Part shown: positions 36,457 through 49,804 of the stretch, in pieces
How the letters are laid out: each line of letters begins with the position of its first letter
How positions within the stretch are numbered: position 1 is the stretch's first letter
From: Mobula hypostoma
Lineage: Eukaryota
Length of the DNA stretch: 64,000 nucleotides
Assembly: GCF_963921235.1 (NCBI RefSeq)
Contig: NC_086097.1
Coordinates: 238,826,001-238,890,000, forward strand
Reading direction: 5' to 3'
Made by a program: the position numbers and the translations under genes
The notes under the pieces: model-generated
Told to the model about the DNA's origin: nothing
Seen by the model: only the letters and a program-made list of their open reading frames with translations
The model's database searches: none

Positions 36457-38457
36457 ATATGCTGAAATCCAGAGTAACACACACAAAGTGCTGGAGGATC
36501 TCAAGCAAATCAGGCAGCATTTATGGAGGGGTATAAACAGTTGACATTTTGGACCAAGATCCTTCATATGGACTGAGAAGGAAGGGGAAAAAAGGCAGAA
36601 GCGATTAAAGCACATTTTCAAATCAGATTGAGGTGGGTGGTTTTTTGCATTCTGCTGTTTATTTGGTGCAATACCAGAATGGGGTAGGACTGAATTGGAG
36701 GAAGTCTGAACTAAGCTCACTTTGTGAATTTGGCAGGATATCCAAAAACACAAGGGTTTTGAGGGAGCAAAAAAATGGTTCAAGGCCCGTACACACCTGG
36801 AGCAATTTGGGGATTAGAACCACTTAAAGATTTGTTCATGGATTTGTGGAGCATTTCTCCAGTGAGGACAGAAAATGCAAATTTATTATCGAAGTATGTA
36901 TACCATATACAACCTTGAAATTCATCTTCTTGAAGGCACCCACAAAGAAATGCAATAGAATCTTTGAGAAACCACACACAACAAAGACCAACTAACATCC
37001 AATGTGCAAAAAAAGGACAAATGGTGCAAATATAAAGAAAAAAGTAAATAAATAATACATTGACATGAGCTACCGAGACCCAAATGTGAGTCTACAGGCT
37101 GTGGAGTCAGTTCAGCACTTAAGCGAGTAAAGCTGGTCCAGAAGTCCAATGGCTGCAGAACAACAACTGCTTCCGGACCTGGAGGTCCATGACCCAACAC
37201 TCCTGCACCTCCCATCTGATGGTAGTAGTGAGGAGAGGGAGATAGTCACACGGCACTGACCACTGGCTCATTTTCCACTCTTGGGACTTTACATTTTAAT
37301 CTGGCTCGACGCTTTAATTGACACAGAGTAATGGAACTGAGCACGGGCTCATTTACCGCTCTCAGGCCTCAACACACTGTCCGCCCCGGCGATGGCTGTA
37401 CCTGCAGTCTCGAGATTCACATTTGCTGAATCCTTCAGGAGATTGTAAAATCGCGAGATCATTTAGATGGTTCAAAAGTACATTTCTTAAAGGGAGACTA
37501 CAGGCTGCTTATTGAGTAATTGTAGTTCAGAAGGAGTATATGTAGCAGAGTATGTAATAGTTTTGTGAACTGCCTGCAAAATAATGGTCATTACATTTAG
37601 ATAGGACCAAATCGAAAACGGGCCATCTTCTATGTCCAATATTCCTTGGGAAATTGAGGGTTTTAAGGATTCTAATGATTAAGATTGATAAAAACTGAGT
37701 AATTCCCCGAATTATAATTATGATTCTATGCATGTTTTTCACTTTATCTTTACAATGAATCCATTCTTGATTGATAGATCATTATTAGCTCTCCGTACTC
37801 TGATAATAAAAGCCTTTATTTCTTCAGACCTGGTCAGTATTAATTATTTTGAGTGCCTCCGGTTATGCCATTTTTCATAACTGAATAAAAGCCAAACCAT
37901 GACAAGTTTGGTTTTAAAATAATTACACGCGTCACCTATTCATGAGTTAAGACTGTATTGTTAAAAAATCAATCAGCTTTTACAGAAAAGTTTTTAGAAC
38001 TCTCTGAGAGATGCAATGAGAAGCAGAAGCAGGAACCAGCCCTACAGATCCAAAATGATTAACTGGCACCCACACTACATGGTTGGAGCGGTAGGTGAGT
38101 TTCATGCTACTGGCTCTTCAATGTAGTTGTAACCTCCTCATCATCTCAACCATGCTTGTTAGGTTGAGGGCTGGCTCTGAATGAAGGCAAGAAAGAAGGC
38201 AGCAGTCGTTTTCTCCTGGAAGTTAGACAACCTCTGTGCTTCTGGTTGAAAAGAGTTGAACTGAATCTGAATCAGGCAGCCCAAGACAATCAAGATTCAG
38301 ACTTATTTTATCACATGGACATTGAAACAGATAGTGGAATATGCTGCTTGCGTTAACAACCAACAGACCTAGGGATGCGCTGGGTGCAGATTGCTAATGT
38401 CCAGCACCAATATAGCATGCCCACAATGCACATTTTTGATTTAATGATTCTGCAAAC

Positions 38458-38481
38458 TGCACATGTGTGCACATGTGCGCG

Positions 38482-38524
<43 letters not shown>
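38458..38524. repeat. Compound (TG/CG/CA) alternating purine-pyrimidine microsatellite
   Basis: TGCACATGTGTGCACATGT(GC)n(AC)n, 67 bp of uninterrupted purine/pyrimidine alternation. Confidence 0.95.
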
Positions 38525-38528
<4 letters not shown>

Positions 38529-39534
38529 AAGTTAGTGGAAAAAAATAACTGTGGTCCTCAATGTCTGCAGCTAAGTGGAATGGACCTGAACACAGTGACA
38601 GAAATTCAGTACTCTCAAAGGCATATTCAGAATCAGAGAATATGTCTTCAAAGGCTGGATCTGCCCAGCTGCACCACTAGCATGGATGCAGGAGTGAAGG
38701 ACCCTAATTCTAGAAAGACTTCGGAATCTGGTAGTGTATCCACTCTAGAGAGTTGAGAGGGAATGCAGTCTGTGTTCAAAACCATCAGGAGCCCAAAGTG
38801 AAGAAAAAGGAATGTTTCCTTTGGAAGAAAAGTCAAGAGGTCGTGCTAAACATTTAAATAGTTAGTTAAAAGACTGCATGAAGAAACGGTGAGTAGCAAG
38901 TATGATTTGGCACTTCATGGTGGAACTGGTTATAGAAGCAGATTGAACCATGGCAACAGGTAAGTTCAGAAAAGCCTCAGCTGAGTTCTTGAAGAGGAGT
39001 GATGCAAAATATAAGGAAATAAGACAGGAAAGTGGAACCATCCTGAGAAAAAAAACAGTATAGGCTCAACTGATCAAGATATCTCCTTCAGAGCTAAAAT
39101 GTCTGCAAGGTACAAAAAATGCCAATTGACCTGAATCTCATAGCTTTCAGCTCCAGTGCTGACACTGTAGGCAACTGGGGCAATGCAGAGGCAAGACACG
39201 CTTATAATCAGAATGTAGTGACAAATTGGTTTGCCGACAGGATAGAGACACGGATAGCCCAGTGACTGCTCTCCAGGGGTTGAGGCCACACATCAGTGCT
39301 AACACAGAGTACTCTGATGAGGATTTAGATGGGGCTGGTTACAGAAAGCAGGTAATGAACAATGAAGCGATTTGTAAATTGGTTATCCAAGCAGAATGCC
39401 TGTGTGAAGTGTCAAGGAATTTGGAGGAGTCTGTCACCGAGATTTTGCCCAGGCTTTAAGCCCACATTTTCCCAAGTGGTGGCTGCTGTTACTGATTCTA
39501 TTAAAAACAATTGAAGGCAGTTCACCATGTTCCA

Positions 39535-40140
39535 TTATGAGGGGTATAGATTGGGTAAATGCAAGCAGGCTTTTTCCATTGAGGTTGGGTGAGGCTAGAA
39601 CTAGGGGTCATGGGTAAGGGTGAAAGGTGAAATATTTAAGGAAAACATGAGGAGGAACCTTCACTCAGAGGGTGGTGAGAGTGTGGAACAAGCCACCAGC
39701 AGAAGTAGTTAGATGTGGGTTCAATTTCAACACTTATTTATTGACATACAGTGTAGAGTAGGCCCTTCTGGCCCATCGAGCCATGACACCTTGCAATCCT
39801 CCAAATTAATCTTAACCTAATCATGGAAACAATTTACAATGACCAATTAATCTATCAACCAGTATTTCTTTGGACTGTGGGAGGAATTCATACTGTCACA
39901 GGGAGAACGTACAAACTCCTTACAGGCAGCGACAGGAATTGAACCCGGGTCACTGGTATTGTAAAGTGATGAGCTAACCAGTACACTACCATCCACCCCA
40001 AGACAGATTTAGATAGGTACATGGATGGGAAACATATGGAAGACTATGGTGCAGGTCAATGGGACTAGACAGATTAATGGTTCGGTGCAGACTAGATAGG
40101 CCAAAGGGACTGTTTTGGTGCTGTCGTGATTTATGATTCA
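39535..40140 (+). mobile_element. CR1 3' fragment interrupted by a minus-strand V-SINE (~39735-39995)
   Basis: Similar to 562-895 (TTCACTCAGAGGGTGGTGAGAGTGTGGAAC); SINE core GGGAGAACGTACAAACTCCTTACAGGCAG. Confidence 0.72.
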
Positions 40141-41750
40141 ATGTACTACAAGATGTTACATGGAGTGCCCTGCAGATTCACCCAATTGATTGCTCAGACC
40201 GTGAAATAGGAAATATTATATGAAGGAAAATTATGCTGACTGAACCCATCCAGAGAAAATTTAGTTTAACAGAGCTGATTGCCCTGAAACATGTAACATT
40301 CTAGTGGACTTGATAGCATCGGTGCAGGGATGATGTCTCATCTGGTTCATGTTGATAATCAGTCTGATAGTCTCAAAAGAAAACATGCACAGTTGACTGA
40401 GATGAGAAGAAACTTCTTGACAGAGGACAGTCAACTTTTGGAATTCTGCACCCAAGAGGTCTGTGACTTAAGATATTCTTAACAGCATAATCGGTTTTTG
40501 GATATTGAAAGGACTGAGGGATGAGGGATAAGGAGATAGGTGCATTAAATAGGGCAATGAGTTAAAGTTGCCTATCAGATAGAGCATAGAACATTAGAGC
40601 ACAGTATTGGCCCTTCAGCTCATGATCTCCCGATCCTTCAACCTACCCTAATATCATTCGAACCCTTCTACAAAATCCTCCATTTTTTATCATCTCTGTG
40701 CCTATCTAAGAGTTTCTTAAAAGTCCCTTCTACCACCTTTAGCAGGGTATTCCACGCACCCAGAACTCTGTGTAAAAAAAAAACTTCTCCCTATAGTTTC
40801 CTCCAATCACTTTAAAGTCACCGTTTAAGGTACTGTGGCAGCAGAGTGGTAAAGAAAGGAGTCAGGCAGATGACCAGACTGCGCATGAATAGGAGGAACT
40901 GTTAGTACAGAGTGGCTCAGTGTGTGCGTTTAGGGTCAATATGAAATCAGTTGAAGACCACAGAAAGGGTGGTGCGTCCTATTGACCACTATTGTGCACC
41001 TCACCACGATGATCATCTCCTAGGACAACCTTTGTGGCTGGGATGAATTCACCCTTCAGCTGATGGGGCACCTGAGTGCTCTCAATTTGTGTGTGTCCTC
41101 CAAAACAACACAGTTGAATCAAGGCAGATAACAGCAACTCTGACAAAGTGAGAGATGAGGCTGGATCCTATCAGGCATTTCTGAGAGGTCAAGCAGTTAC
41201 CAGTATTGCATGGACTTGAGGGAGAAAGGAATGAATTTTAAAGATTTACACTGTCTTAACATTTATATGAGGCTGTTGCTAGGGTTACTGTAGCCAATCT
41301 ATACAGAGTTTATGTGCTGGAAATACTCAACAGGGCAGGCAGACAGGTCAGCAATGCTTCAGAGTGTGAGCAACAGACAGAAGGTCAGGAGAAAGGACAC
41401 GAGACGGGTAGGCAGAGACAGAGGGAGAGAGAAACAGAAGGGGGGAAGCAGGATGAAAGACAGAGAGACAAATATTCAGAGATATTCTATCTGGATTGTC
41501 TATAACCCACCAGCATCACTAGAGAATTCTTCAGTTTCAGTTAAACCACTCTAACCTTTTCTCTGTACTTCTGATCCTCCTGGATCTTCTCATACACAAT
41601 TTGGTTTCCAATGTCCCCTCACCCTTTCCCCATCTCCCAGTTTTGGCTCCTTCCCTTCCCCACCTACTCTGTGTGTCCACCACCTTCATTCAGAACAATA
41701 TTGTGGGCAAAAGGGCCTGTCCAGCACTGTACTGTTCTATGTTCCTCCCA

Positions 41751-42328
41751 CCGGGTCCTCTGCTCAGTGAAGCAGCTGCATCATTGCCTGGTTCGGAAAT
41801 TGCACCACCTCGGATCGCAAGACCCTGCAGCGGATAGTGAGGTCAGCTGAGAAGATCATCGGGGTCGCTCTTCCCGCCATTACAGACATTTACACCACAT
41901 GCTGCATCCATAAAGCAAACAACATTATGAAGGACACCACACACCCCTCATACAAACTCTTCTCCCTCCTGCCATCTGGCAAAAGGCACCAAAGCATTGG
42001 GACTCTCACGACCGGACTATGTAACAGTTTCTTCCCCCAAGTCATCAGACTCCTCAATACCCAGAGCCTGGACTGACACCAACCTATTGCCCTCTACTGT
42101 GCCTATTGTCTTGTTTATTATTTATTGAAATGCCTACACTGTTTTGTGCACTTTATGCAGTGCTGGGTAGGTCTGTAGTCTAGTGTAGTTTTTGTGTTGT
42201 TTTACATAGTACAGTGTAGTTTTTGTATTGTTTCATGTAGCACCATGGTCCTGAAAAACATTGTCTCAGTTTTACTGTGTACTGTACCAGCAGTAATGGT
42301 TGAAATGACAATAAAAAGTGACTTGACT
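41751..42328 (+). mobile_element. Rex-type LINE 3' fragment
   Basis: ORF 41837 RSAEKIIG..HPSYKLFSLLPSGKR..NSFFPQVIRLLN; AATAAA plus GACTTGACT tail; CTCCCA repeated at 41745-50 and 42329-34. Confidence 0.82.
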
Positions 42329-42629
42329 CTCCCAATTGTCCCCATCTGCCCATCATACCTTCATGATTTGGTTCCTCTTCCCCTTCCTTAGCACATTCCT
42401 CCATCTGAACTCTCTGATGCTAATTTCAGCCTTTCCTCCTCACCTGACTTCATCTGCCAATCAACCTTCCTCATCTGGATCCACCTATAACTTGCCAGCT
42501 CAATTCTGACCCCACCCCTCCCCTTGGACCATATCACCATAATACAGAGGAGCAGAATTAGGCAACTCAGCCCAGTGAGTCTGCTCCACTATTCCATTAC
42601 ATCGGACTTATTCATCATCAACATTACCT

Positions 42630-42965
42630 GTCATGTGACATAGGTGATCATGATCTACGACCATGATCGTTCTTGGAAATGTTTCTACAGAAGTGATTTG
42701 CTATTATTTTCCTCTGGGCAGTGTCTTTACAAGACAAGTGACCCCAGCCATTATTAATAACCTTAAAAGATTGTCTGCCTGGTGTCAATGGTCACATAAC
42801 CAGGACTTGTGATATGCACCACCTGCTCCCATGGCTTTACGTGACCCTGATCGTGGGGGGGGGTTTAAGCAGGTGCTACACCTTGCCCAAGAGTGCCCTG
42901 CAGACTAGCAGAGGGAAGGAATGCCTTTCACCTCCTTTAGTGAAGATGTATCTCCACCTCACCAA
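42630..42965 (-). mobile_element. RTE/BovB-related SINE-like element
   Basis: Reverse complement homologous to 1-135 (CACTTCTGTAGAAACATTTCCAAGAACGATCATGGTC). Confidence 0.5.
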
Positions 42966-43410
42966 CCTGATTTATAGACCAGGTTTATGGTCTCTCCAAT
43001 AGACCATAAGCAATCGGAGCAGAATTACGCCTCGCGGGTTGGGTCTCTTCCCACTCCTCTTACAGTCTAAAATGAAAGCTCTCAACCCAAAACATTCATT
43101 TTCCTCTATAGATGGTGCATTAACCATAGAGTTCATTTCTTTGTTTAATGAGGAGAAACTTTCAAAAGCACATCCCATAAGCACTTATATCTGGGATTGC
43201 CTACCATGCTTGTTTGTGTGAGCATGAATACTTTGGAAAACAGAATTAATGGACAATGATGATAGAAAAATGGAGGGCCATGTAGAAAGGAAGGGCTAGA
43301 TTCACTTTAGAGTAGGTTAAAATGACAGCACAGCATTAAGGGCCAAATGGCCTGTTGTAGAAGTTCTATGTTCTTATACTTTGTGTTTCTTAAGGGTATG
43401 CAGTACATTA

Positions 43411-43953
43411 TACACACAGTGGCTACTTTATTAGGTACCTGCTGCACCTAATACAGTGACCACTCACTGTATATTTGTGGCCTTATGCTGCTGTAGCTCA
43501 TCCAGTTCAAAGTTCACTGTGGTGTGTATTCAGATACGTTCTACACACTGCTATTGTACCACATGGTCATTTGAGTTATTGTCACCTTCCTATCAGCTTG
43601 AAACAGTTTGACCATTCTCCTCTGACCTCTCTCATTAACAAAGAGTTTTGACCCACAGAACAGCCACTCATTGGATTTTTTTTGTTTTGTTTTGTTTTTC
43701 TGCACAGTTCTCTGAACTCCAGCAACCATTAAGCCTGAAATTCCAAGGAGCTTCTGAGATACTCAAAACCACCCTGTCTGGCAGCACCAATCACTCCACA
43801 AAGTCACTTTGATCACATTTTGTCTCCAATCTGAGTTTTGGCCTGAACATCTGCTGAACCTCGTGACCATTGAGTTCCTGCTTAGATTGGCTGATTAGAT
43901 ACTTGTATTAACAAGATGCCCAGGTGTACCTAATAAAATAGCTACTGAGTGTG
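43411..43953 (-). mobile_element. Non-autonomous Tc1/mariner element (copy 3)
   Basis: TIRs CACACAGTGGCTACTTTATTAGGTAC and GTACCTAATAAAATAGCTACTGAGTG; peptide LFVNERGQRRMVKLFQADRKVTITQMTMWYNS. Confidence 0.8.
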
Positions 43954-44204
43954 TATAGATCTAAATAAATGAAAGTCATGTGTTTTGTGTTACTAATAGA
44001 AGCTTGGGAGAAAAGGGATGATCTCTCGATACTGAGCTCTTCAACTGAAACATCCAAACATTGCAAAAACAAATTTGCCCACTGGTAATATAACTACTGG
44101 GATCAGACACATCTGTTTCTCTGTTACCTAACGTCAGATATTCAAAAACTGGTTTTGCTGGCCTCCATTTCTCATCTTCGATTCTCAATTCCCACTATAA
44201 TTTC

Positions 44205-44605
44205 ATGGAAAATAGAACACTACAGCACAGTACAGGCCCTTTGGCCCACAACTTTGTGCCAAACTTTTAACCTACTGTAAGATCAATCTAACCCTTCTCT
44301 CCATCTAGCCCTCAATTTTTCTGTCATCCTTGTGCCTATTTAAGAGTTTCATAAATACCATTAATATATCTACCTTGACCACCACTGACACCATTTCCAT
44401 GCTCTTCACCAATCACCTTAAAATTATGACATCTGGTATTAGCCATTTCCTGAGGACAAGTCTCTAGCTGTCCACTCAATCTATGGCTCTTATCGTCTTG
44501 TACATCTCTGTCAGGTTGCTTTTTATCCTCTTTTGCCCTAGCTCGCTCAACCTCTCCTCATAAGACATGCTCTGTAATCCAGGCAGCATCCTGGTAAATC
44601 TGCTC
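44205..44605 (-). mobile_element. CR1 3' fragment
   Basis: ORF 44476 RFTRMLPGLQSMSYEERLSELG; tail with ACAGCACAGTACAGGCCCTTTGGCCCAC. Confidence 0.75.
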
Positions 44606-45019
44606 TGCAGCAGTGCGCTCTGTTTCAACAATAAATACAATAAAACTCCATTAATCCAGCAGGCTGGGCACTTTGGGAATGCCCGACTGACCAATGGATG
44701 TTACTCATATTTATTCCCTAATGACTTCTAAAACTACTTTTTTTTATGTTCTACATGTTAAGTGTTTTAGTGAAACAGGAGAATTTCAAGTGAACATAGG
44801 AAACAAAACACAGTAAGTGCGTGGAGAAGGCATGGAAAACAAATCCTGGTGAGTTTACAAAAACACAGGAAATAGAGCCCAGATGGGTTTATGGTGAGTT
44901 CAAGACCATAAGACATAGAAGCAGAGTAAATTCAAGCAGTCCATTGAGTCTGCTCCACCAATCCATCATACCTGATTTATTATTCCTCTCAACCCCATTC
45001 CCCTGTCTTCTTCTGTAAC

Positions 45020-45543
45020 AATTTTGGTCCCCTAATCTGAGGAAAGATATTCTTGCCATAGAGGGAGTACAAAGAAGGTTCACCAGATTGATTCCTGGGA
45101 TGGCAGGACTTTCATATGATGAAAGACTGGATCGACTAGGCTTATACTCGCTGGAATTTAGAAGATTGAGGGGGGATCTTATTGAAACGTATAAAATCCT
45201 AAAGGGATTGGACAGGCTAGATGCAGGAAGATTGTTCCCGATGTCGAGGAAGTCCAGAACGAGGGGTCACAGTTTAAGGATAAAGGGGAAGCCTTTTAGG
45301 ACCGAAATGAGGAAAAACTTCTTCACACAGAGAGTGGTGAATCTGTGGAATTCTCTGCCACAGGAAACAGTTGAGGCCAGTTCACTGGCTATATTTAAGA
45401 GGGAGTTAGATATGGCCCTTGTAGCTAAAGGGATCAGGGGGTATGGAGAGAAGGCAGGTACAGGATTCTGAGTTGGATGATCAGCCATGATCATACTGAA
45501 TGGCGGTGCAGACTTCTGCACCTATTTTCTATGTTTCTATGTT
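45020..45543 (+). mobile_element. Young CR1 3' fragment nested in a minus-strand CR1 tail (~44905-45790)
   Basis: ORF 45088 IPGMAGLSYDERLDRLGLYSLEFRRLRGDLIETYKI...; (TTCTATGT)n tail; TAAC on both sides. Confidence 0.88.
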
Positions 45544-45908
45544 TAACCTTTGATGTCCTTACTAATCAAGAACCTATCAACATCTGCTTTAAATATTGTA
45601 TATCCAATGACTTGACCTCTGGCAATGAATTCCAAAGATTCACCAACTTCTGGTTGAAGAAATACCTCCTCATCTCTGTTCTGAGACTGTGCTCTCTGAT
45701 CCTAGACCCCCCCCCCCAACCCACAGGAAACATCCTCTCTCTGTCCATTCTATCTAGACTTTTCAACATTTGATAAATTTCAATGCTTCAACATTCAATG
45801 GGTGTCAATGACAGATATCAAAATCTTACTGAAATTGATTTCCTTATCTATTTTGTTCTTCAGCATTATCATGTATTGCATTTTACTGCTGCAGCTAAAT
45901 TAACATAT

Positions 45909-47128
45909 TTTTTGAGGATGCGACTAAACACATTGATGAAGGAAGAGCAGTAGATGTAGTGTATATGGATTTCAGCAAGGCATTTGATAAGGTAACCCAT
46001 GCAAGGCTTATTGAGAAAGTAAGGAGGCATGGGATCCAAGGGGATCTTGCATTGTGGATCCAGAATTGGCTTTCCAAAGAAGGCCAAGAGTGCTTGTAGA
46101 CGTGTCATATCCTGTATGGAGGTCGGAGACCAGTGGTGTGCCTCAGGGATCTGTTCTGGGACCCCGTCTCTTCGTGATTTTTATAAATGATCTGGATGAG
46201 GAAGTGGAGGGATGGGTTAGTGAATTTGCTGATGACACAAAGGTTTGGAGTGTTATGGATAGTGTGGAGGGTTGTCAGAGGTTACAGCAGGACATTGATA
46301 GGATGCAAAACTGGGCTGAGAAGTGGCAGATGGAGTTCAACTCCGATAAGTGTGAGGTGGTTCATTTTGGTAGGTCAAATATGATGACAGAATATAGTAT
46401 TAATGGTAAGACTCTTGGCAGTGTGAAGGATCAGAGGGAGCTTGGGTTCTGTGTCCATAGGACACTCAAAGCTGCTGTGGAGGCTTACTCTGTGGTTAAG
46501 AAGACATATGGTGGGCCTTCATCAACCATGGGATTGAGTTTAAGAGCTGAGAGTTCATGCTACAGCTATATAGGATCCTGGTCAGACCCCACTTGGAGTA
46601 CTGTGCTCAATTCTGATTGCCTCACTACAAGAAGGACGTGGAAACCATAGAAAGGGTGCAGAGGCGAGTTACGAGGATGTTGCCTGGATTGAGGAGCATA
46701 CCTTATGAGAATAGATTGAGTAAACTTGGCCTTTTTTCCTTGGAACGGCAGACAATGAGAGGTGACCTGATAGAGGTGTATAAGATGATGAGAGGCATTG
46801 ATCATGCAGATAGTCAGAGGCTTTTTCCTAGGGCTGAAATGGCTAGCACAAGAGGGCACAGTTCTGAGGTGCTTGGAAGTAGGTACAGAGGAGATGTCAG
46901 GGGTAAGTTTTTTACACAGAGAGTGGTGAGTGCGTGGAATAGGCTGTCATCGACGGTGGTGGAGGCGGATACGATAGGGTCTTTTAAGAGACTCCCGGAT
47001 AGGTACATGGAGCTTAGTAAAATAGAAGGCTATGGGTAACTCCAGGTAATTTCTAAAGTAAGTACATGTTTGGCACAGCATTGAGGGCCGAAGGGCCGGT
47101 ATTGTCCTGTAGGTTTTCTATGTTTCTA
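45909..47128 (+). mobile_element. CR1 LINE RT plus tail, 5'-truncated, frameshifted
   Basis: YMDFSKAFDKV, SGVPQGSVLGP, FADDTK, WQMEFN; 8-bp TSD TAACATAT (45901-08 and 47129-36). Confidence 0.92.
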
Positions 47129-49329
47129 TAACATATGCCAGTGATATTAAACCTGATTTTGATTCTGATTCTGATTCTGAGTTCCGTCTTCATTCCTCTA
47201 AACTTGCGTACAGGCCCCAAGCCAACATTTTTAGCAATGAGTGTGGGGATGGGGCCCTGGTGCGTACTCCAGAAGCATAGGGACAGGATACCAACAAGCT
47301 TAAGGGCCTTAGCAAATTTAAGAGTTCTAGTACTCCATAAACTGAACCATCAGGATTTACAAACAAATGATTTATGTATTATCAGAGACTTCAAATTTCA
47401 AAAAAGTTCAAAGTCCAAAGTAAATTTTATTATCAAAGTACACCTATGTCACCATATACAACCCTCAGATTCATTTTCCTGCAGGCATACTCAGCAAATC
47501 TATAGAATAATAATTGTAATAGGATCAATGAAAGATTAACCAGAGTGCCGAAGACAACAAATTGTGTATATGCAAATATCAATAAATAGTATTAAGTAGC
47601 AGAAAACGAGGTAATGTGATGAAGAATCCTTAATGTGAGATCATTGGTTGTGAGACCATCTTAATGGATGGGCAAGTGAGTGTAGTTATCCCCTTTTGTT
47701 GAAGAGCTTGACGGTTGTGGGTTAGTAACTGTTCTTGAACCTGGTGGTTCGAGTCCTGAGACTCTTGTATCTTCTAGCTGATGGCAGCAGCAAGACGAGA
47801 GCATGGACTGGGTGGAGGGGACCCTGATGATGGCTTGTGTCTACTTGCTCTTGTAGTTGTGTCCCCTTTGTACCTTCTCACAAAACCAAGGTGGAGATTG
47901 CTATTTCCAACCAACTGGAAACAAAGAATAAGTAAATTGTTCAAACAAATCAACCTCAAATCTATTGTATATGCATTAAATATGGTTGCAAATTGCTTCT
48001 GAAATTAACCTTTGACTTCACTGGAATAAATTTTAGAACCTGTATTGAAAGTGATGACATTATCGCTCAGGGATGAACATCTAGACAGCACTGACTAATA
48101 ATGATTTTTTTAAATTCTTGGTGGGAATGTGTCTTAATATGCTTCTTTTGAATAATAATGTGTCTCTTAGTGTGGCTCTTTTGTTTTTTTACAGCTATTA
48201 CTTACAGAATTAGGACAGGTACATAGTGATATTAACCCCAGACCTGTTGGAAAGCTACTTTCATAGGTGTTGCTTTATTTTCTATAAATATCATAAGGAT
48301 TTTGAGCAGAGTAGGAATATATTTTGATTTCATTTATTATATAATCCTTAAGTAATGGTGAGAAAAGTAGAGGAAATCCTGTGCTGAAGTGATAGTGCAG
48401 AGAGGTTCAGAGTTTAGTTGGTTTTATCTACAGCATAATTCAGTTTGCAAAGATCCTTTGAGATGCTTTGCTGGACTGTATCTCCAAAGTACCTCTTTGT
48501 ACAACTTTATGTTCATTTTTCTGTCAACTGAAATATGCCAAAAAAATCACACTAATCTTTCATTAATGTTTTCTTAAAGTTACAGGTGAAAAGTATTTCA
48601 AAATATGGAATAAGCTGCTCTGCTATTCAGCACTGCTGAATATAAAGTCCAACGTGAGGACAAATTAACTACTCACATGACATATTTTTGAGTTCAAGTT
48701 GACACTGTTGCCATGGAAATAGAATATATTGGTCAAAGGTCATACAATGGGAACATAGAATTGCATTCATCAATGATTCAGGAGCAGCTTCTTGGACATT
48801 GAACCCATGATCACTACCTCATTACATTTCTGCACTTCTATTTAATCTATTATATGCAAGACGTATCTAAGACATCAGAAAGGCGGTGTCCATTATTAAG
48901 GAGCTCCACCACCTAGGACATGCCCTCTTCTCATTGCTACTATCAGGGAGGAGGTACAGAAGCCTGAAGGCACACATTCTGTTATTCATGAACAGCTTCT
49001 TCTCTCCTATTCAGGTTCTAAGTGGACATTGAACCCATGAACACTACTTCATTACTTCTTTTAAAATTTCTGTTTTTGCACCACTTATTTTAATCTAACT
49101 ATTTAAATACAGATATATATATATATCTATTGTGATTCAGTTTTTCTATATTCATCATGTATTACATTGTACTGCTGCCGCAAAGATAACAAGTTTCACA
49201 GCATATTCCAACGATATTAAACCTGATTCTGACTCAGAGAATACAACAGCACTCAGCTGCCCCTTTAGCCCACATGGGTGTGCCAACCTACTCTAAGATC
49301 AATCTAACCCTTCCCTCCAGCATAACTCC

Positions 49330-49690
49330 AAACACATGAGATTCTGCAGATGCTAGAAATCCAGAGTAACACACAGGTCTTGATGAAGCGTCTTGGCCCA
49401 AAACATCAGCACTTCATTCATCTCCGTAGACGTTGCCTGACCTGATGAGTTCCTCCAACATTTTGTGTGCGTTCTTCCTACGTTACCCTCCATCGTTCTG
49501 CCATCCATACACCTATTTAAGCGGTTCTTGTATGCTGTCTCTACCCCACTCCCTCCACACTCTTTGCCCCCAAAGTGCTGGAGGGACATAGAAGGTCAGG
49601 ACCTGATGAAAGGTCTCAGCCTGAAAAGTTGACTCTTTTTACCTCTCCATGGATGCTGCAGCATTTGCATTTTCAGAATCTCATGTGTTT
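49330..49690. mobile_element. Two degenerate PLE pLTR copies (one with an inverted arm)
   Basis: GATGCTAGAAATCCAGAGTAACACAC abuts TCTTGATGAAGCGTCTTGGCCCAAAAC...; second core CTGATGA-AAGGTCTCAGCCT-GAAA at 49603-49626. Confidence 0.65.
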
Positions 49691-49804
49691 AAAATCCTGC
49701 CTCCTTTCTGCCTTGTAAAATATGTCTCCAGCAATTATGAATATTTACCAGCTCAGACAGGAAGAAGCACCTGCCTATTTGAGGCCAACAGAATCTTAAA
49801 TCCT

